A DNA stretch of 64,000 nt from assembly GCA_965248535.1 (NCBI GenBank), contig CBDFJR010000002.1, forward strand, positions 2,336,001-2,400,000. Direction: 5' to 3'. The first letter of the stretch is position 1. Every line of letters begins with the position of its first letter. Both the position numbers and the translations under genes were made by a program. Below the pieces are notes generated by a model, which was given only the letters and a program-made list of their open reading frames with translations, was not told the origin of the DNA and ran no database searches. Of the stretch, positions 52,391 through 62,367 are shown in pieces. This DNA is from Phormidesmis sp. Its GTDB lineage: Bacteria; Cyanobacteriota; Cyanobacteriia; Leptolyngbyales; Leptolyngbyaceae.

Positions 52391-53200
52391 ATGGCAAGAC
52401 CCAAAAAACAACAGATGGACAGCGATGGCGATGGGCTGACCGACCAAGAAGAACTTCTGGCAGGCACCAATCCTAATAGTAGTGATACCGATGGGGATGG
52501 TGTGGACGATGCAACGGAAATGAACACGGGAAACCCCACGGTTCCTCGTGAACCGGAAACGGACAAGGCTCGACAGATGCGAGAACAGTATCTGTCATTT
52601 GCCAAGTCTGTTCTCGGCAATGCCATGCTGAACTACACAGATTTGTATCAGCGCTATTTGGGCAATGCTGCGGGGGCACGATCGCTCGATCAATCCGTCG
52701 CGATCGCCGCCCTTAAATCTGGACTCGACCCAAAAACCACGATTCAACTCCTTGCCCAAGGACCGATCACGCAAGTCCAAACTCGCAGCCTCACGCCTGA
52801 TGCGAGAAAGGCGGCACTTCCCGGCATTCTCAAATACACTCAATCGACAGTCGATCAAGCCCAACGTCAGCGCTATGTTGAATACGCCAACACCGTCACC
52901 GGACGGCAATGGTCATACCCGGATCTGTATCGGGAATATGTCGGCAGTGATTTGACCGCAATTCAGCTCGATCAGAAAATTGCGGCGGCAGCGCTCAATT
53001 CAGGGGAGTCTGCTCAATCGGTGACTGAACTTCTCCATCAGGGTCCCTACTCACAGTTTCAAGTGGGTGTGAAGCAAGTCAATCTTGCAACCATCCAGCA
53101 ATATGGCAAGGGCACGGTGGCTCAAGTACAAGATATTCAGGGAATGCGATCTCAATCACCAGAACGTACTCGACAACGCCCGAAAGATTTAGAGCGGTAA
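52391..53200 (+). CDS. Protein with DxDGDG Ca-binding-like repeats and a tandemly duplicated helical domain
   Basis: DSDGDGLTD/DTDGDGVDD; YTDLYQRY..LDQ..AALKSG..LLAQGP repeated as YPDLYREY..LDQ..AALNSG..LLHQGP. Confidence 0.8.
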   Translation: MARPKKQQMDSDGDGLTDQEELLAGTNPNSSDTDGDGVDDATEMNTGNPTVPREPETDKARQMREQYLSFAKSVLGNAMLNYTDLYQRYLGNAAGARSLDQSVAIAALKSGLDPKTTIQLLAQGPITQVQTRSLTPDARKAALPGILKYTQSTVDQAQRQRYVEYANTVTGRQWSYPDLYREYVGSDLTAIQLDQKIAAAALNSGESAQSVTELLHQGPYSQFQVGVKQVNLATIQQYGKGTVAQVQDIQGMRSQSPERTRQRPKDLER

Positions 53201-53326
53201 CTGCTCTCTAAAAAGGTTTTGATGAATGACGCAATCTAAAAGCGGCTGAGAGATTTAGCGCTCGTTTCAGCCTGCGCGAAGTCTGTGCCCATCATCCGAA
53301 CGCTTTAAACTATTGAGAGGTCACTC

Positions 53327-56300
53327 ATGACCGATCCATCTCTGTTGATTTCAGCCTTTGAAGACTGGTTCAGGGCGGGAAAGGGGTTTGACACGATCGT
53401 GCAAGCGAGACGGTTTGCGTCAGCATTTTTGGGGCAGCCTGTTTTACCTGGAACCGCTCAAGCCAAGATTGTGGACGAGAGTATTGAACAGGCACTGATA
53501 CGAGTGGCGCAATTGCTGATTCAGCCTGACTCGGAACAAACCTACGATCGCTTAGTCGAACTCTATCAACGTCAGCCGACGCTGGGCACTCGTTCATCGA
53601 CCAGCGTTTTACAACAGGCATACAGTACGCCACTCCCGATCGCATCTCTAGCGGCGACTTTGGTGGGCATCAATTCTCAAACAACCGTTTATGAACCATC
53701 TGCGGGAAATGGTGCGTTATTACTGCACACAAACCCCGCAAATGTCACCGCCAACGAACTTAATCCAGCACGAGCGAATGATTTGCGGCGGCAAGGCTAC
53801 ACGGTGACGCAAGAGAATGCGGCGAACTATTTGCCATCGCAATTGCATGATGTTGTGATCATGAATCCGCCATTCGGATCATTATCTGATGAACGTGGGG
53901 TGCAACGATTTCACACAGGGCAGTATCTCACAACTCAGATTGATCATGCGATCGCCCTGAATGCTCTCAAGGCAATGAAACCCGATGGCAAAGCTGTATT
54001 GATTCTGGGTGGAAAATTGGGGATGGATGAAGACCGAAGATCCGATCGCTACAACAGCAGAGAAAGTCGTGCGTTCTACTACACCCTCTACAACGCTTAC
54101 AACGTTACTGAACATATTTCGATTTGGGGCGATCTCTACCGTAAGCAAGGGGCAGGGTTTCCGATTGATTTAATTCTGATTTCAGGACGGGGAAAGGCAG
54201 AACGCTTGCTCCCTGCTGCTGATGTCCCGCGCATCTACAAATCGTTCACCGAGTTAAAGGAGCTTCTTTATGCCGCTGTACTTCGACAGCCCGAACGTCT
54301 GGAGTCCATTGCCCGACCAATCCCTAACAGCAGTCTTGGCAGCGATTCAAGTCCCGACAAACCAGACTCAAATCGAGAACTGGGAGGGATACTTGGGACG
54401 GTTGGCGAACCGAGTGGAATGGATGATTCAGCAGGAAGCGGATCTGAATCAAGCTTGCCGAATGATTCACCGCTATCTGAACGAGGCACACCTGGATCAT
54501 CAGATTTGGAATCCGCCCGACCCGGAGGAAGACCCCCAACAGTGGGCAGAGGCGATCACGATTTACAATCCCGAACTCCGACTGCGGATGTCGATGAGGG
54601 CGACTTGGGACTTTCCACTATTGGCGATCGACAACCCCGACATCATCCAACTCATTCAAGACACCCCACTAGAAGTTTGGCTGCAACACATGACGTATTA
54701 GCAATTCCTGAAGACATCAGCGAGGAAACCGTTATGTCCGACCAAGACCAAGATATTCAACGACAGGTTGCCTACACACCGCATAGTCAAGGCACTCCGG
54801 CAGGAACACTCGTTCCGGTCAACATGAAAACCGCGACCCACAATGCTCTAAATTCACTGGCAAGGCAAGTTGGCTCCCTTGATGAGTATGTTGCCGAGAA
54901 GTTGGCGTATGGCACACCCGCAGACTTGCACAAATATCTGACGGCAGAACAAATCGATGCCGTTGCGTTGGCAATCAGCAATATCGAAAAGGGTTCAGGC
55001 TTCATCATTGGCGATCAAACTGGAGTAGGGAAAGGTCGCGTCGTTGCTAGCCTGATTCGATATGCCAAGCTCTCTGGACAAACGCCGATTTTCATTACTA
55101 AAAAGCCGGATCTCTATGCCGATATGATGCGGGATCTGGCAGACGTGGACTTGGGCAACTTCAAGCCCTTTATGACTAATGAAAGTCTTCGCATTCCACT
55201 GCCTGAAGGCGGACAACTTCGCACAGGCGCGAGTACGCATCAGCAGGAAATGCGATCGCTGCTTCAGTCTGGTAACCTCGGCAGCTACGACGGCATCTTT
55301 ACGACTTACTACCAATTGCAGGCAGTCGGCGGAGAAGAACCAGAGCGCCGGGATTTTCTCCGTCGGTTTGCGAATAATGCGATTTTGTTGCTGGATGAGA
55401 GTCACATGGCGGGTGGGTCGATCAGCGATCGGGGAGATAGCAAAGTTTCCAATCGGGCTGACTTTACAAGAGAGTTGATTGAGCGATCGCAAGGCGTTCT
55501 CTACTCCAGTGCGACGTATGCCAAAAATCCGCAGGTGATGACGCTCTACAGCAAAACCAATATGCGGCTGGCAGTCGGGCACATGGAAACGCTGGTATCG
55601 CTAATTCAGAAGATGGGCGTTCCTGGACAGCAGGCACTCGCTACGATGCTGACCGAGGAAGGTCAATACATTCGGCGAGAGCGCTCCTACGAAGGAATTC
55701 GCTTTACAGCAGAGGCAACAGGGGTCGATCGTGAAGTCGCTGAAAACGCCGCTGCAATTATGAGTTCGATTATGGATTTTGATCGAGTCAAACAGGCGGC
55801 GGTCAAGGCGATGAACAAAGAATTGAAACGCGAAGCCAAAGCGTTTAAGCGAGATACTGCGATCGGAGAAGCAGGCGCAAAAAGCATTGAATTTGCCTCA
55901 CTGATGCACAATCTGATTGATCAGATGTTACTCTCCCTCAAAGCTGAAGCTACCGTTCAAAAATCGCTCGAACTGCTTCGCAACGGTGAAAAACCCGTGA
56001 TTACGGTTGCCAACACAATGGGCAGCTTTATCGGCAACTATGCGGCTGCACATGGCATCAAACCTGGCGATGCCCTTGACCTCGATTTTGGTGCAATGTT
56101 GAGTCGATATTTAGAGCGATCGCGAGAAGTCATCATCAAAGATGCTTACGGGATTCGCCAATACAATCACACTCGGATGGATGGCTCGTCCTGCTATCGA
56201 TTAAGTGATGAAGAATTAGGTTTAGACGGGGTTGCAGCCTTTGAGGATGCGATCGGACGGATTCAAGAAACGGACTTTTCTGCCCTGCCGATTTCCCCGA

Positions 56301-59300
56301 TCGACTACATCGAAAATCGACTTCAGCAATCGGGCTATCAAGTCAGTGAAGTGACGGGACGAGAGCATCAAATCGAGTATTTGCCGGATGGAGGGCAATT
56401 CTACCAGGCGAGATCGCAAGCGGATCGGAGTACCAGAGCCGCGATCGAGAACGTTAAAGCCTTCAATCAGGGTCGCTTCGATGTGATGGTACTCAATCAA
56501 GCCGGATCAACCGGAATTTCGCTTCACGCCTCCGAGAAGTTTCTCGATCAACGTCCGCGCCATATGGTCGTCGCTCAAGCCGAGCGCAACATTGATGACT
56601 TCATGCAAATGTTGGGGCGGATTCACCGACATGGGCAAGTGGCGTTGCCCAGCTACACGCTTCTCTGTGCGGATATCCCAGCCGAGAAACGTCCTGGTGC
56701 AGTGTTAGCAAAGAAAATGGCATTGCTGAATGCCAATACAACTGCCGCGAGATCGAGCAGCATTTCGCTCAATAACGTCCCAGACTTCATGAATGAGTAT
56801 GGAGATGCGGTCGTGAGTGAGATCATGATCAACAATCCTGAGCTACACGCTCGATTAGGCAGTCCGCTCAAGTTTTTAGATGATGGCGATGAGCCAGAAG
56901 CCGCCATTCGCAAAGTGACGGGCAGAATTCCACTGTTACCGATCGCCGATCAAGAATCCCTTTACGATTTGATTGAGCGTGAGTACGTCGAGTATGTCGA
57001 GCGTCAAGAAGCAATGGGAGAATCCATTCTTGAAGCTCAATCGCTAGATTTTGATGCCCGCACGATCGCTCGAATGGAAGTGGTTGCCGCAGATGCTGGC
57101 ATCACCAGCCAATTTACGAGTCCGGTGTATCTTGATGTGGTAGATGTTAAAACCCTACGAAAGCCTCTGACGACCCAAGAAGCCGTCAATTTTGTCCGGC
57201 GATATCTCGACCAACCAGAAGTGGGTGAGTCGTTCAACTTATATGAAATTCGTCCACAGATTAAGCAAGCAGCAACCGATTTAGCAACCGAGCAGATTCA
57301 GGCTTTACGCCGTTCTACCGAAGACTATCGCGCTAAATTTCAAATTCGAGTGCCACCTAAGCAAGGCGAAGCAGAAAGCGAAACTCAACTGAGAACGAGT
57401 AAAGCGATCGACAAGTTCAATACTCGACTGGATCAACAATTGAACCATGTTCGGCAAACGCTCGACTCCTTCCCAGCCGGAACGCCCGTCCGAATCGCGA
57501 CGGCAAACGAGAGCGTGTTTTATGGGGTTACGGCACGAGTGTGGAACACTGATGTCAAAGGCAATCCGACAGCTCCAGGAAATTGGAAAATTCAATTTCT
57601 TTTAGCTGATCCGGCGAAGGAATTGACGATTCCATTGTCCAAAGTGAATTTGAGTGCCTCGAATGCTATTTCAGTCGTTCCTAAAGAATACGATTTCTTC
57701 GACGAGCCAATCTACGAAGTCTTTGACCAACGCCAACGAAAGAACCGAGAAGAACGCCAGATTTTTACCGGAAACACCCTTCGAGCGATCGAGAAGTTTC
57801 ACGGCAAGATGATCAACTACACCAACACTCAAGGAATAACCTGCCAAGGCGTTCTCACCCCACCCGGATTTGACATTGAAAAAGCACTCGAACGAGAACC
57901 CGTTCAGATGACGGCTCCTCAAGATGTCATCCGCTTTTTGTTTGAAGTCACGCAGCGTAGTGGGCAACTCAAAACCCCGGATGAACTGCTGATAGTCCGG
58001 GCGCAACGCAGACGGGACGGGAATGGCATCCTACTCCAAACGCCCAAAGCCAAAGAAGAAGGCGGACAATACTTTCTCGACAAGCAGTTAATGGAAGCAG
58101 CCGGAGGCGGTGAATTCTTCTCAGTCGGCAAGAAGATGATCCTCATTGTTCCACCCGAACGGATTGAGTCCGTGATTCAGTTTCTCAACGCTAGAGATCT
58201 TTCACTATCCGCTTTCGAGCAACGCCAAAAAGCTCGCGACATGCTGGGCATCGAGCTTCCTTCGCTCCAGTTGATTGAGCAAAATCAGTTCGAGGCGAAA
58301 GCGGACTATGTTCCCTTTGTGCAACCCGTTAACACTCAAGTGATTTCGTCGCTTGAACAAGCATTTCAGGCAGATATTCCTTCGAGTTTTGTGGAGGAAG
58401 CAGAGAGCAACTCTGAAGTAACCATAGGACAGGCATCCTACGAAGTCGAGCCAACGCTTGAAGCGATCTCTGAAGCTGAAATACCAATTTCGGAAGAAAG
58501 TGCCCCGATCGAGCTAATCTCACCAGACAACTCCCTTCCCGCAAGTACTACCAGTCCTGCTTCTCAAGCATTTTGGGCATCGCGATTTGAAACCTTATCC
58601 GATGAACTTAAACGCCTATTGCAACCTGCTCAAATCATAGAGATTCTGACTCAACCCGATCCACGTTCCACGATCGCTCAGTTGCAGGACTCCCAACCAA
58701 TTTTCGCTACCGTCTACCAAGAATTAGCAGACCTCTACACCACTGCCACCATGAATCTTCCACAAGCAATTCCAGCCCCGTCACAGCAGTTACTACAATC
58801 TCCACTCACAGAACTTCAAACACAACTAATCACAGAACTCGAACAAATCCCCAATGCTTGGGCACTCACGCCAGTAGATGCTCATAAAGCATCTTATCGA
58901 ACAAGCTGGCAAACGGAAAGCCCACTATCAAGAGATGAGTTGACGAATGAAATTAGGAACGGTGCAAGCGGCTATGGACTCCGAACTGGAAGCGTCTCTG
59001 GCGGCATTGTGGCGATCGACCTCGACGGAGTCTCAGCCCACGCCAAAATGCTCGAACTCTCCGGCGGAACCGACCTTCCTGAAACTGTTTCCTTTACATC
59101 AGGACGAGTCGGTAGAGCGCAACATCTATTTCTCGTTCCACAAGAGCTATGGTCGCTGATCAAGTCTCGCAAAATCCCGACAGGCATGAAGGGCAAAGAC
59201 GGAAAGAAAGAACACGTCGAACTCCGCTGGCAAGGATTGCAGTCAGTCTTGCCACCGTCTGCACATCCCACCACCGGGCAATATCGCTGGTTGAGGTCAC

Positions 59301-60346
59301 CCCAAGAGACTGAGATTACCACAGTCCCCAATTGGGTGATCGACCGAATGCTTGTGGAAACAAAACCTGTATCTGTTGAGCAGATTCCCTCATTTGCTCA
59401 CCCTCCCATTCAGGTCAATTGGACAGATCGGGATTGGGCACTGAGCTATCTGACCGCACTACAGCCTCATCGGGCAGAGGATCGCGAGAGTTGGCTAAAA
59501 GTCGGGATGGCATTACACAGTGTCAGTCCCAATCTATTCTTGGAGTGGGATCGCTGGAGTACCCAAAGCCAAAAATATCGACCTGGCGAGTGTGAATACG
59601 TTTGGAATCGCTTTCAAGAGAATGGCGGGATTACGATCGCGACTCTCGGCGCATGGGCAAAAGCAGACGGATGGCGCTTTCCCATCGAATCGCAGCCGCA
59701 GGTAGAACTAATCTCCGAAATAACCAGCTCGGTGCAGCCCTACCAGCAATCAACTCATCAGCATAATCCGCAGCCAACGGAGTGGGTAGCCCAGTCAGAC
59801 GCTCATCATCCCTGTCTTCAGGAATTTAAGCGATGGTATTTCGAGGCGCGAGAGATCGGTCGCTCTCAGAAATACCTTGATCGGATTCAAGCATTAGCTG
59901 AAGACTTCAAAGCAAAAACGTCAGCCGCAACCACAGACCCAACCATTCGGAATTCCGATGTTTCGCTCTCAGCGGCAGCACTGACCCACCTGACCCAAGA
60001 CGCAGAGAGCTATCATACCAAGCTTGAACAGTTTGCCAAAGACGCAAAGACCATTCTCAAATACAAAGGAACAGCAGTTCTGGTAGACGGCAAGACGACT
60101 TATCAATATTCCTCTCGCAAACCCGATTATCAACTGTTCTATCACGGCACTCAAAAACGCATCATGGTCAAGAAAGCAGGGCAAACGCTGTTAGATCACC
60201 AAGGCGGAAAAATTCAACCTGCTCAGAAAGCGATCGGGGCTGAGGATTTTGAATGCTTTTACAAAGAAGCCAATCGCCTCCGCGAACAAGCAAAGCAACC
60301 GCCAACCTCACTTAAGCTGGCTCGATCGAGCGAACAGGAGCGATAA
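53327..60346 (+). CDS. Giant N6-methyltransferase + strawberry-notch-type SF2 helicase + Prim-Pol + PriCT-2 protein
   Basis: EPSAGNG and NPPF; GDQTGVGKGR, LLDESH, SAT, QMLGRIHRHGQ; AIDLDG and VLPPSAHP; WLKVGMALH...WDRWS. Confidence 0.9.
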   Translation: MTDPSLLISAFEDWFRAGKGFDTIVQARRFASAFLGQPVLPGTAQAKIVDESIEQALIRVAQLLIQPDSEQTYDRLVELYQRQPTLGTRSSTSVLQQAYSTPLPIASLAATLVGINSQTTVYEPSAGNGALLLHTNPANVTANELNPARANDLRRQGYTVTQENAANYLPSQLHDVVIMNPPFGSLSDERGVQRFHTGQYLTTQIDHAIALNALKAMKPDGKAVLILGGKLGMDEDRRSDRYNSRESRAFYYTLYNAYNVTEHISIWGDLYRKQGAGFPIDLILISGRGKAERLLPAADVPRIYKSFTELKELLYAAVLRQPERLESIARPIPNSSLGSDSSPDKPDSNRELGGILGTVGEPSGMDDSAGSGSESSLPNDSPLSERGTPGSSDLESARPGGRPPTVGRGDHDLQSRTPTADVDEGDLGLSTIGDRQPRHHPTHSRHPTRSLAATHDVLAIPEDISEETVMSDQDQDIQRQVAYTPHSQGTPAGTLVPVNMKTATHNALNSLARQVGSLDEYVAEKLAYGTPADLHKYLTAEQIDAVALAISNIEKGSGFIIGDQTGVGKGRVVASLIRYAKLSGQTPIFITKKPDLYADMMRDLADVDLGNFKPFMTNESLRIPLPEGGQLRTGASTHQQEMRSLLQSGNLGSYDGIFTTYYQLQAVGGEEPERRDFLRRFANNAILLLDESHMAGGSISDRGDSKVSNRADFTRELIERSQGVLYSSATYAKNPQVMTLYSKTNMRLAVGHMETLVSLIQKMGVPGQQALATMLTEEGQYIRRERSYEGIRFTAEATGVDREVAENAAAIMSSIMDFDRVKQAAVKAMNKELKREAKAFKRDTAIGEAGAKSIEFASLMHNLIDQMLLSLKAEATVQKSLELLRNGEKPVITVANTMGSFIGNYAAAHGIKPGDALDLDFGAMLSRYLERSREVIIKDAYGIRQYNHTRMDGSSCYRLSDEELGLDGVAAFEDAIGRIQETDFSALPISPIDYIENRLQQSGYQVSEVTGREHQIEYLPDGGQFYQARSQADRSTRAAIENVKAFNQGRFDVMVLNQAGSTGISLHASEKFLDQRPRHMVVAQAERNIDDFMQMLGRIHRHGQVALPSYTLLCADIPAEKRPGAVLAKKMALLNANTTAARSSSISLNNVPDFMNEYGDAVVSEIMINNPELHARLGSPLKFLDDGDEPEAAIRKVTGRIPLLPIADQESLYDLIEREYVEYVERQEAMGESILEAQSLDFDARTIARMEVVAADAGITSQFTSPVYLDVVDVKTLRKPLTTQEAVNFVRRYLDQPEVGESFNLYEIRPQIKQAATDLATEQIQALRRSTEDYRAKFQIRVPPKQGEAESETQLRTSKAIDKFNTRLDQQLNHVRQTLDSFPAGTPVRIATANESVFYGVTARVWNTDVKGNPTAPGNWKIQFLLADPAKELTIPLSKVNLSASNAISVVPKEYDFFDEPIYEVFDQRQRKNREERQIFTGNTLRAIEKFHGKMINYTNTQGITCQGVLTPPGFDIEKALEREPVQMTAPQDVIRFLFEVTQRSGQLKTPDELLIVRAQRRRDGNGILLQTPKAKEEGGQYFLDKQLMEAAGGGEFFSVGKKMILIVPPERIESVIQFLNARDLSLSAFEQRQKARDMLGIELPSLQLIEQNQFEAKADYVPFVQPVNTQVISSLEQAFQADIPSSFVEEAESNSEVTIGQASYEVEPTLEAISEAEIPISEESAPIELISPDNSLPASTTSPASQAFWASRFETLSDELKRLLQPAQIIEILTQPDPRSTIAQLQDSQPIFATVYQELADLYTTATMNLPQAIPAPSQQLLQSPLTELQTQLITELEQIPNAWALTPVDAHKASYRTSWQTESPLSRDELTNEIRNGASGYGLRTGSVSGGIVAIDLDGVSAHAKMLELSGGTDLPETVSFTSGRVGRAQHLFLVPQELWSLIKSRKIPTGMKGKDGKKEHVELRWQGLQSVLPPSAHPTTGQYRWLRSPQETEITTVPNWVIDRMLVETKPVSVEQIPSFAHPPIQVNWTDRDWALSYLTALQPHRAEDRESWLKVGMALHSVSPNLFLEWDRWSTQSQKYRPGECEYVWNRFQENGGITIATLGAWAKADGWRFPIESQPQVELISEITSSVQPYQQSTHQHNPQPTEWVAQSDAHHPCLQEFKRWYFEAREIGRSQKYLDRIQALAEDFKAKTSAATTDPTIRNSDVSLSAAALTHLTQDAESYHTKLEQFAKDAKTILKYKGTAVLVDGKTTYQYSSRKPDYQLFYHGTQKRIMVKKAGQTLLDHQGGKIQPAQKAIGAEDFECFYKEANRLREQAKQPPTSLKLARSSEQER
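54270..54701 (+). CDS. Nested alternative-frame gene (143 aa) inside the giant ORF linker
   Basis: AAGGAG 7 nt before ATG; globular composition while the host frame is S/P/G/D-rich. Confidence 0.6.
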   Translation: MPLYFDSPNVWSPLPDQSLTAVLAAIQVPTNQTQIENWEGYLGRLANRVEWMIQQEADLNQACRMIHRYLNEAHLDHQIWNPPDPEEDPQQWAEAITIYNPELRLRMSMRATWDFPLLAIDNPDIIQLIQDTPLEVWLQHMTY

Positions 60347-60441
60347 CGGGATGACAGGGCTGTGAGCTATATGAAGAGAGGTGGTGTCGCTTTGAGCGCC
60401 TTCTAGGATTCTTGGCGTTATTGAGATAATAGACCCAAAGC

Positions 60442-61176
60442 CTATTGAACAATTGCAGCAACATCAGAATGATTCACCAAGCATCCATCTTCCATGTAGA
60501 TGATGCGATCGGCAATATCAAGAATCCGGTTGTCGTGGGTGACAAGCAAAATGGTGCTACCTTGCTCTTTTGCTAATTGTTGCATGATGTCCACCACATC
60601 GCGACCCGATTGCTTATCGAGTGCTGCTGTTGGCTCGTCTGCCAGAATAATTTTAGGTTGACTCACCAAGGCACGAGCGATCGCCACTCGCTGTTTTTGT
60701 CCGCCCGACAAATTACTTGGATAGTAGCTCATTCGATCCTCCAAGCCCACGGCGGTCAGAACAGCCCGAATCCGAGTATCTGCCTCGGCTACTGTTACAT
60801 CATGAATTTCTAACGCCATTTCAACATTCTGATACGCCGTGAGGAAGCTCAATAGATTATGCGCTTGAAAAATATAGCCAATATCACGACGGGCGAGGGT
60901 CATCTGCTCTTTGCTGGCATTGAGTAATTCGTGTCCTAAGATGCTTAACTGCCCGTCCTGAATCGATCGTAAGCTTCCCATGAGCGTTAACAATGTGGTT
61001 TTACCAGAACCCGATGGTCCGGTCATGATCAGGATTTCGCCCCGATCGATGTGCAGATTAATATCAAACAAGACCTGTTTTTGGAGTGACCCTTGACCGT
61101 AGTAATGATTGAGATGGGTGATGGAGATAGCAGGCTCAGAAGGGACAACAGCATTTATTTCTCGCGATCTGGACAT
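60442..61176 (-). CDS. devA: DevA-family ABC exporter ATP-binding subunit
   Basis: GPSGSGKT, LSGGQKQR, LADEPT, VTHDNRI. Confidence 0.88.
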   Translation of the reverse strand: MSRSREINAVVPSEPAISITHLNHYYGQGSLQKQVLFDINLHIDRGEILIMTGPSGSGKTTLLTLMGSLRSIQDGQLSILGHELLNASKEQMTLARRDIGYIFQAHNLLSFLTAYQNVEMALEIHDVTVAEADTRIRAVLTAVGLEDRMSYYPSNLSGGQKQRVAIARALVSQPKIILADEPTAALDKQSGRDVVDIMQQLAKEQGSTILLVTHDNRILDIADRIIYMEDGCLVNHSDVAAIVQ

Positions 61177-61185
61177 ACTCGACTC

Positions 61186-62358
61186 CTAAAAGATATCGGC
61201 AGGGTCAGCGGTTTGTAGCTTACGGACTGCCATTGCCGCAGAGAACGAACTCATAATTGCAGTGAGAATGAAAACAAACACAATTCGCCCTAAATCCATC
61301 GCCATTGGTAGCATGGTGGCAATATTGGTGATCCGATAAATGCCCAAGGCGATTAAGGTGCCAGGGATGAATCCAAGTGCTGCTAAAATCAGAGACTCTT
61401 GAAACACGACAACGAGCAGATAGCGATCGCGAAATCCCATCGCCTTGAGCGTGGCATATTCGGGCAAATGATCCGTCACATCGCTGTAGAGAATCTGATA
61501 GACGATCACTGCACCGACAATAAAAGCAATCACCACACCCAAATCAAAGGTATAGCCTACAGGCGTGCTGGCGTTCCAAAAGGCGACTTCTGCTTTCGCG
61601 TAGTCTTCTCGCGTCATGACTTTGACATCATTGGGCAAGCGAGATCGCAACTCTGCCAAAACCGTTTGAACCTCTGCACCCGGTTTTAGTTTGATGACTC
61701 CAACATCAATCAGTCCACCTTGACGAAAATTAGCCATGCGTAAAAAGTTGACATCGCTCGTCACCAAGTAAGCATTAATGCCAAATGTTGGACTCAGTTT
61801 GAACAATCCCCGGACTTGCACTTGACGCTCATTGATTTCGGTTGTGATTGACTCTCCTGCTTCAAACCGTTGAGCGATCGCTCCAAATTCTTGACGAGAG
61901 CCTGAATTAAACAGGACTGTATCGGGTTCGCGCAGTTTCGCACGGTTGGCTTCTACACCAGGAACATTCATCACTTGATGTTCTGGGTTAATGCCGATCG
62001 CGTAAATATCCCAAATCTCTTTGTTCTCAGGATTGCGCCACTGAATCGCATTGAGATAGACCGGACTGACCGATGCAACGCCCGTTACGCCTGCTGCCTG
62101 ATAGAGTCGGCGCTCGGTAAATCGATCAAGGGAAATCAGCGATCGCGATCGCCCACTCAGCATGACCAGTTCACCGTTCAGACTGTTGTGAAACTCGACT
62201 GCACTACTAAACAACGCGCCTCGAAAGCCCATTTGCAAAAACATCAGCACATCGGCAAAGCTAATGCCCGCGATCGCGACGATCAAACGCGCTCGTTCTT
62301 TCCGTAACTGAAGCCAGGATAGAAACAGTGGTTTCTTTTTCTGCGCCATTTTAGTCAT
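61186..62358 (-). CDS. devC: DevC-family ABC exporter permease
   Basis: AIAGISFADVLMFLQMG, YQILYSDV..HLPEYATLKAMG, ADPADIF. Confidence 0.9.
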   Translation of the reverse strand: MTKMAQKKKPLFLSWLQLRKERARLIVAIAGISFADVLMFLQMGFRGALFSSAVEFHNSLNGELVMLSGRSRSLISLDRFTERRLYQAAGVTGVASVSPVYLNAIQWRNPENKEIWDIYAIGINPEHQVMNVPGVEANRAKLREPDTVLFNSGSRQEFGAIAQRFEAGESITTEINERQVQVRGLFKLSPTFGINAYLVTSDVNFLRMANFRQGGLIDVGVIKLKPGAEVQTVLAELRSRLPNDVKVMTREDYAKAEVAFWNASTPVGYTFDLGVVIAFIVGAVIVYQILYSDVTDHLPEYATLKAMGFRDRYLLVVVFQESLILAALGFIPGTLIALGIYRITNIATMLPMAMDLGRIVFVFILTAIMSSFSAAMAVRKLQTADPADIF

Positions 62359-62367
62359 GCAATTTCC

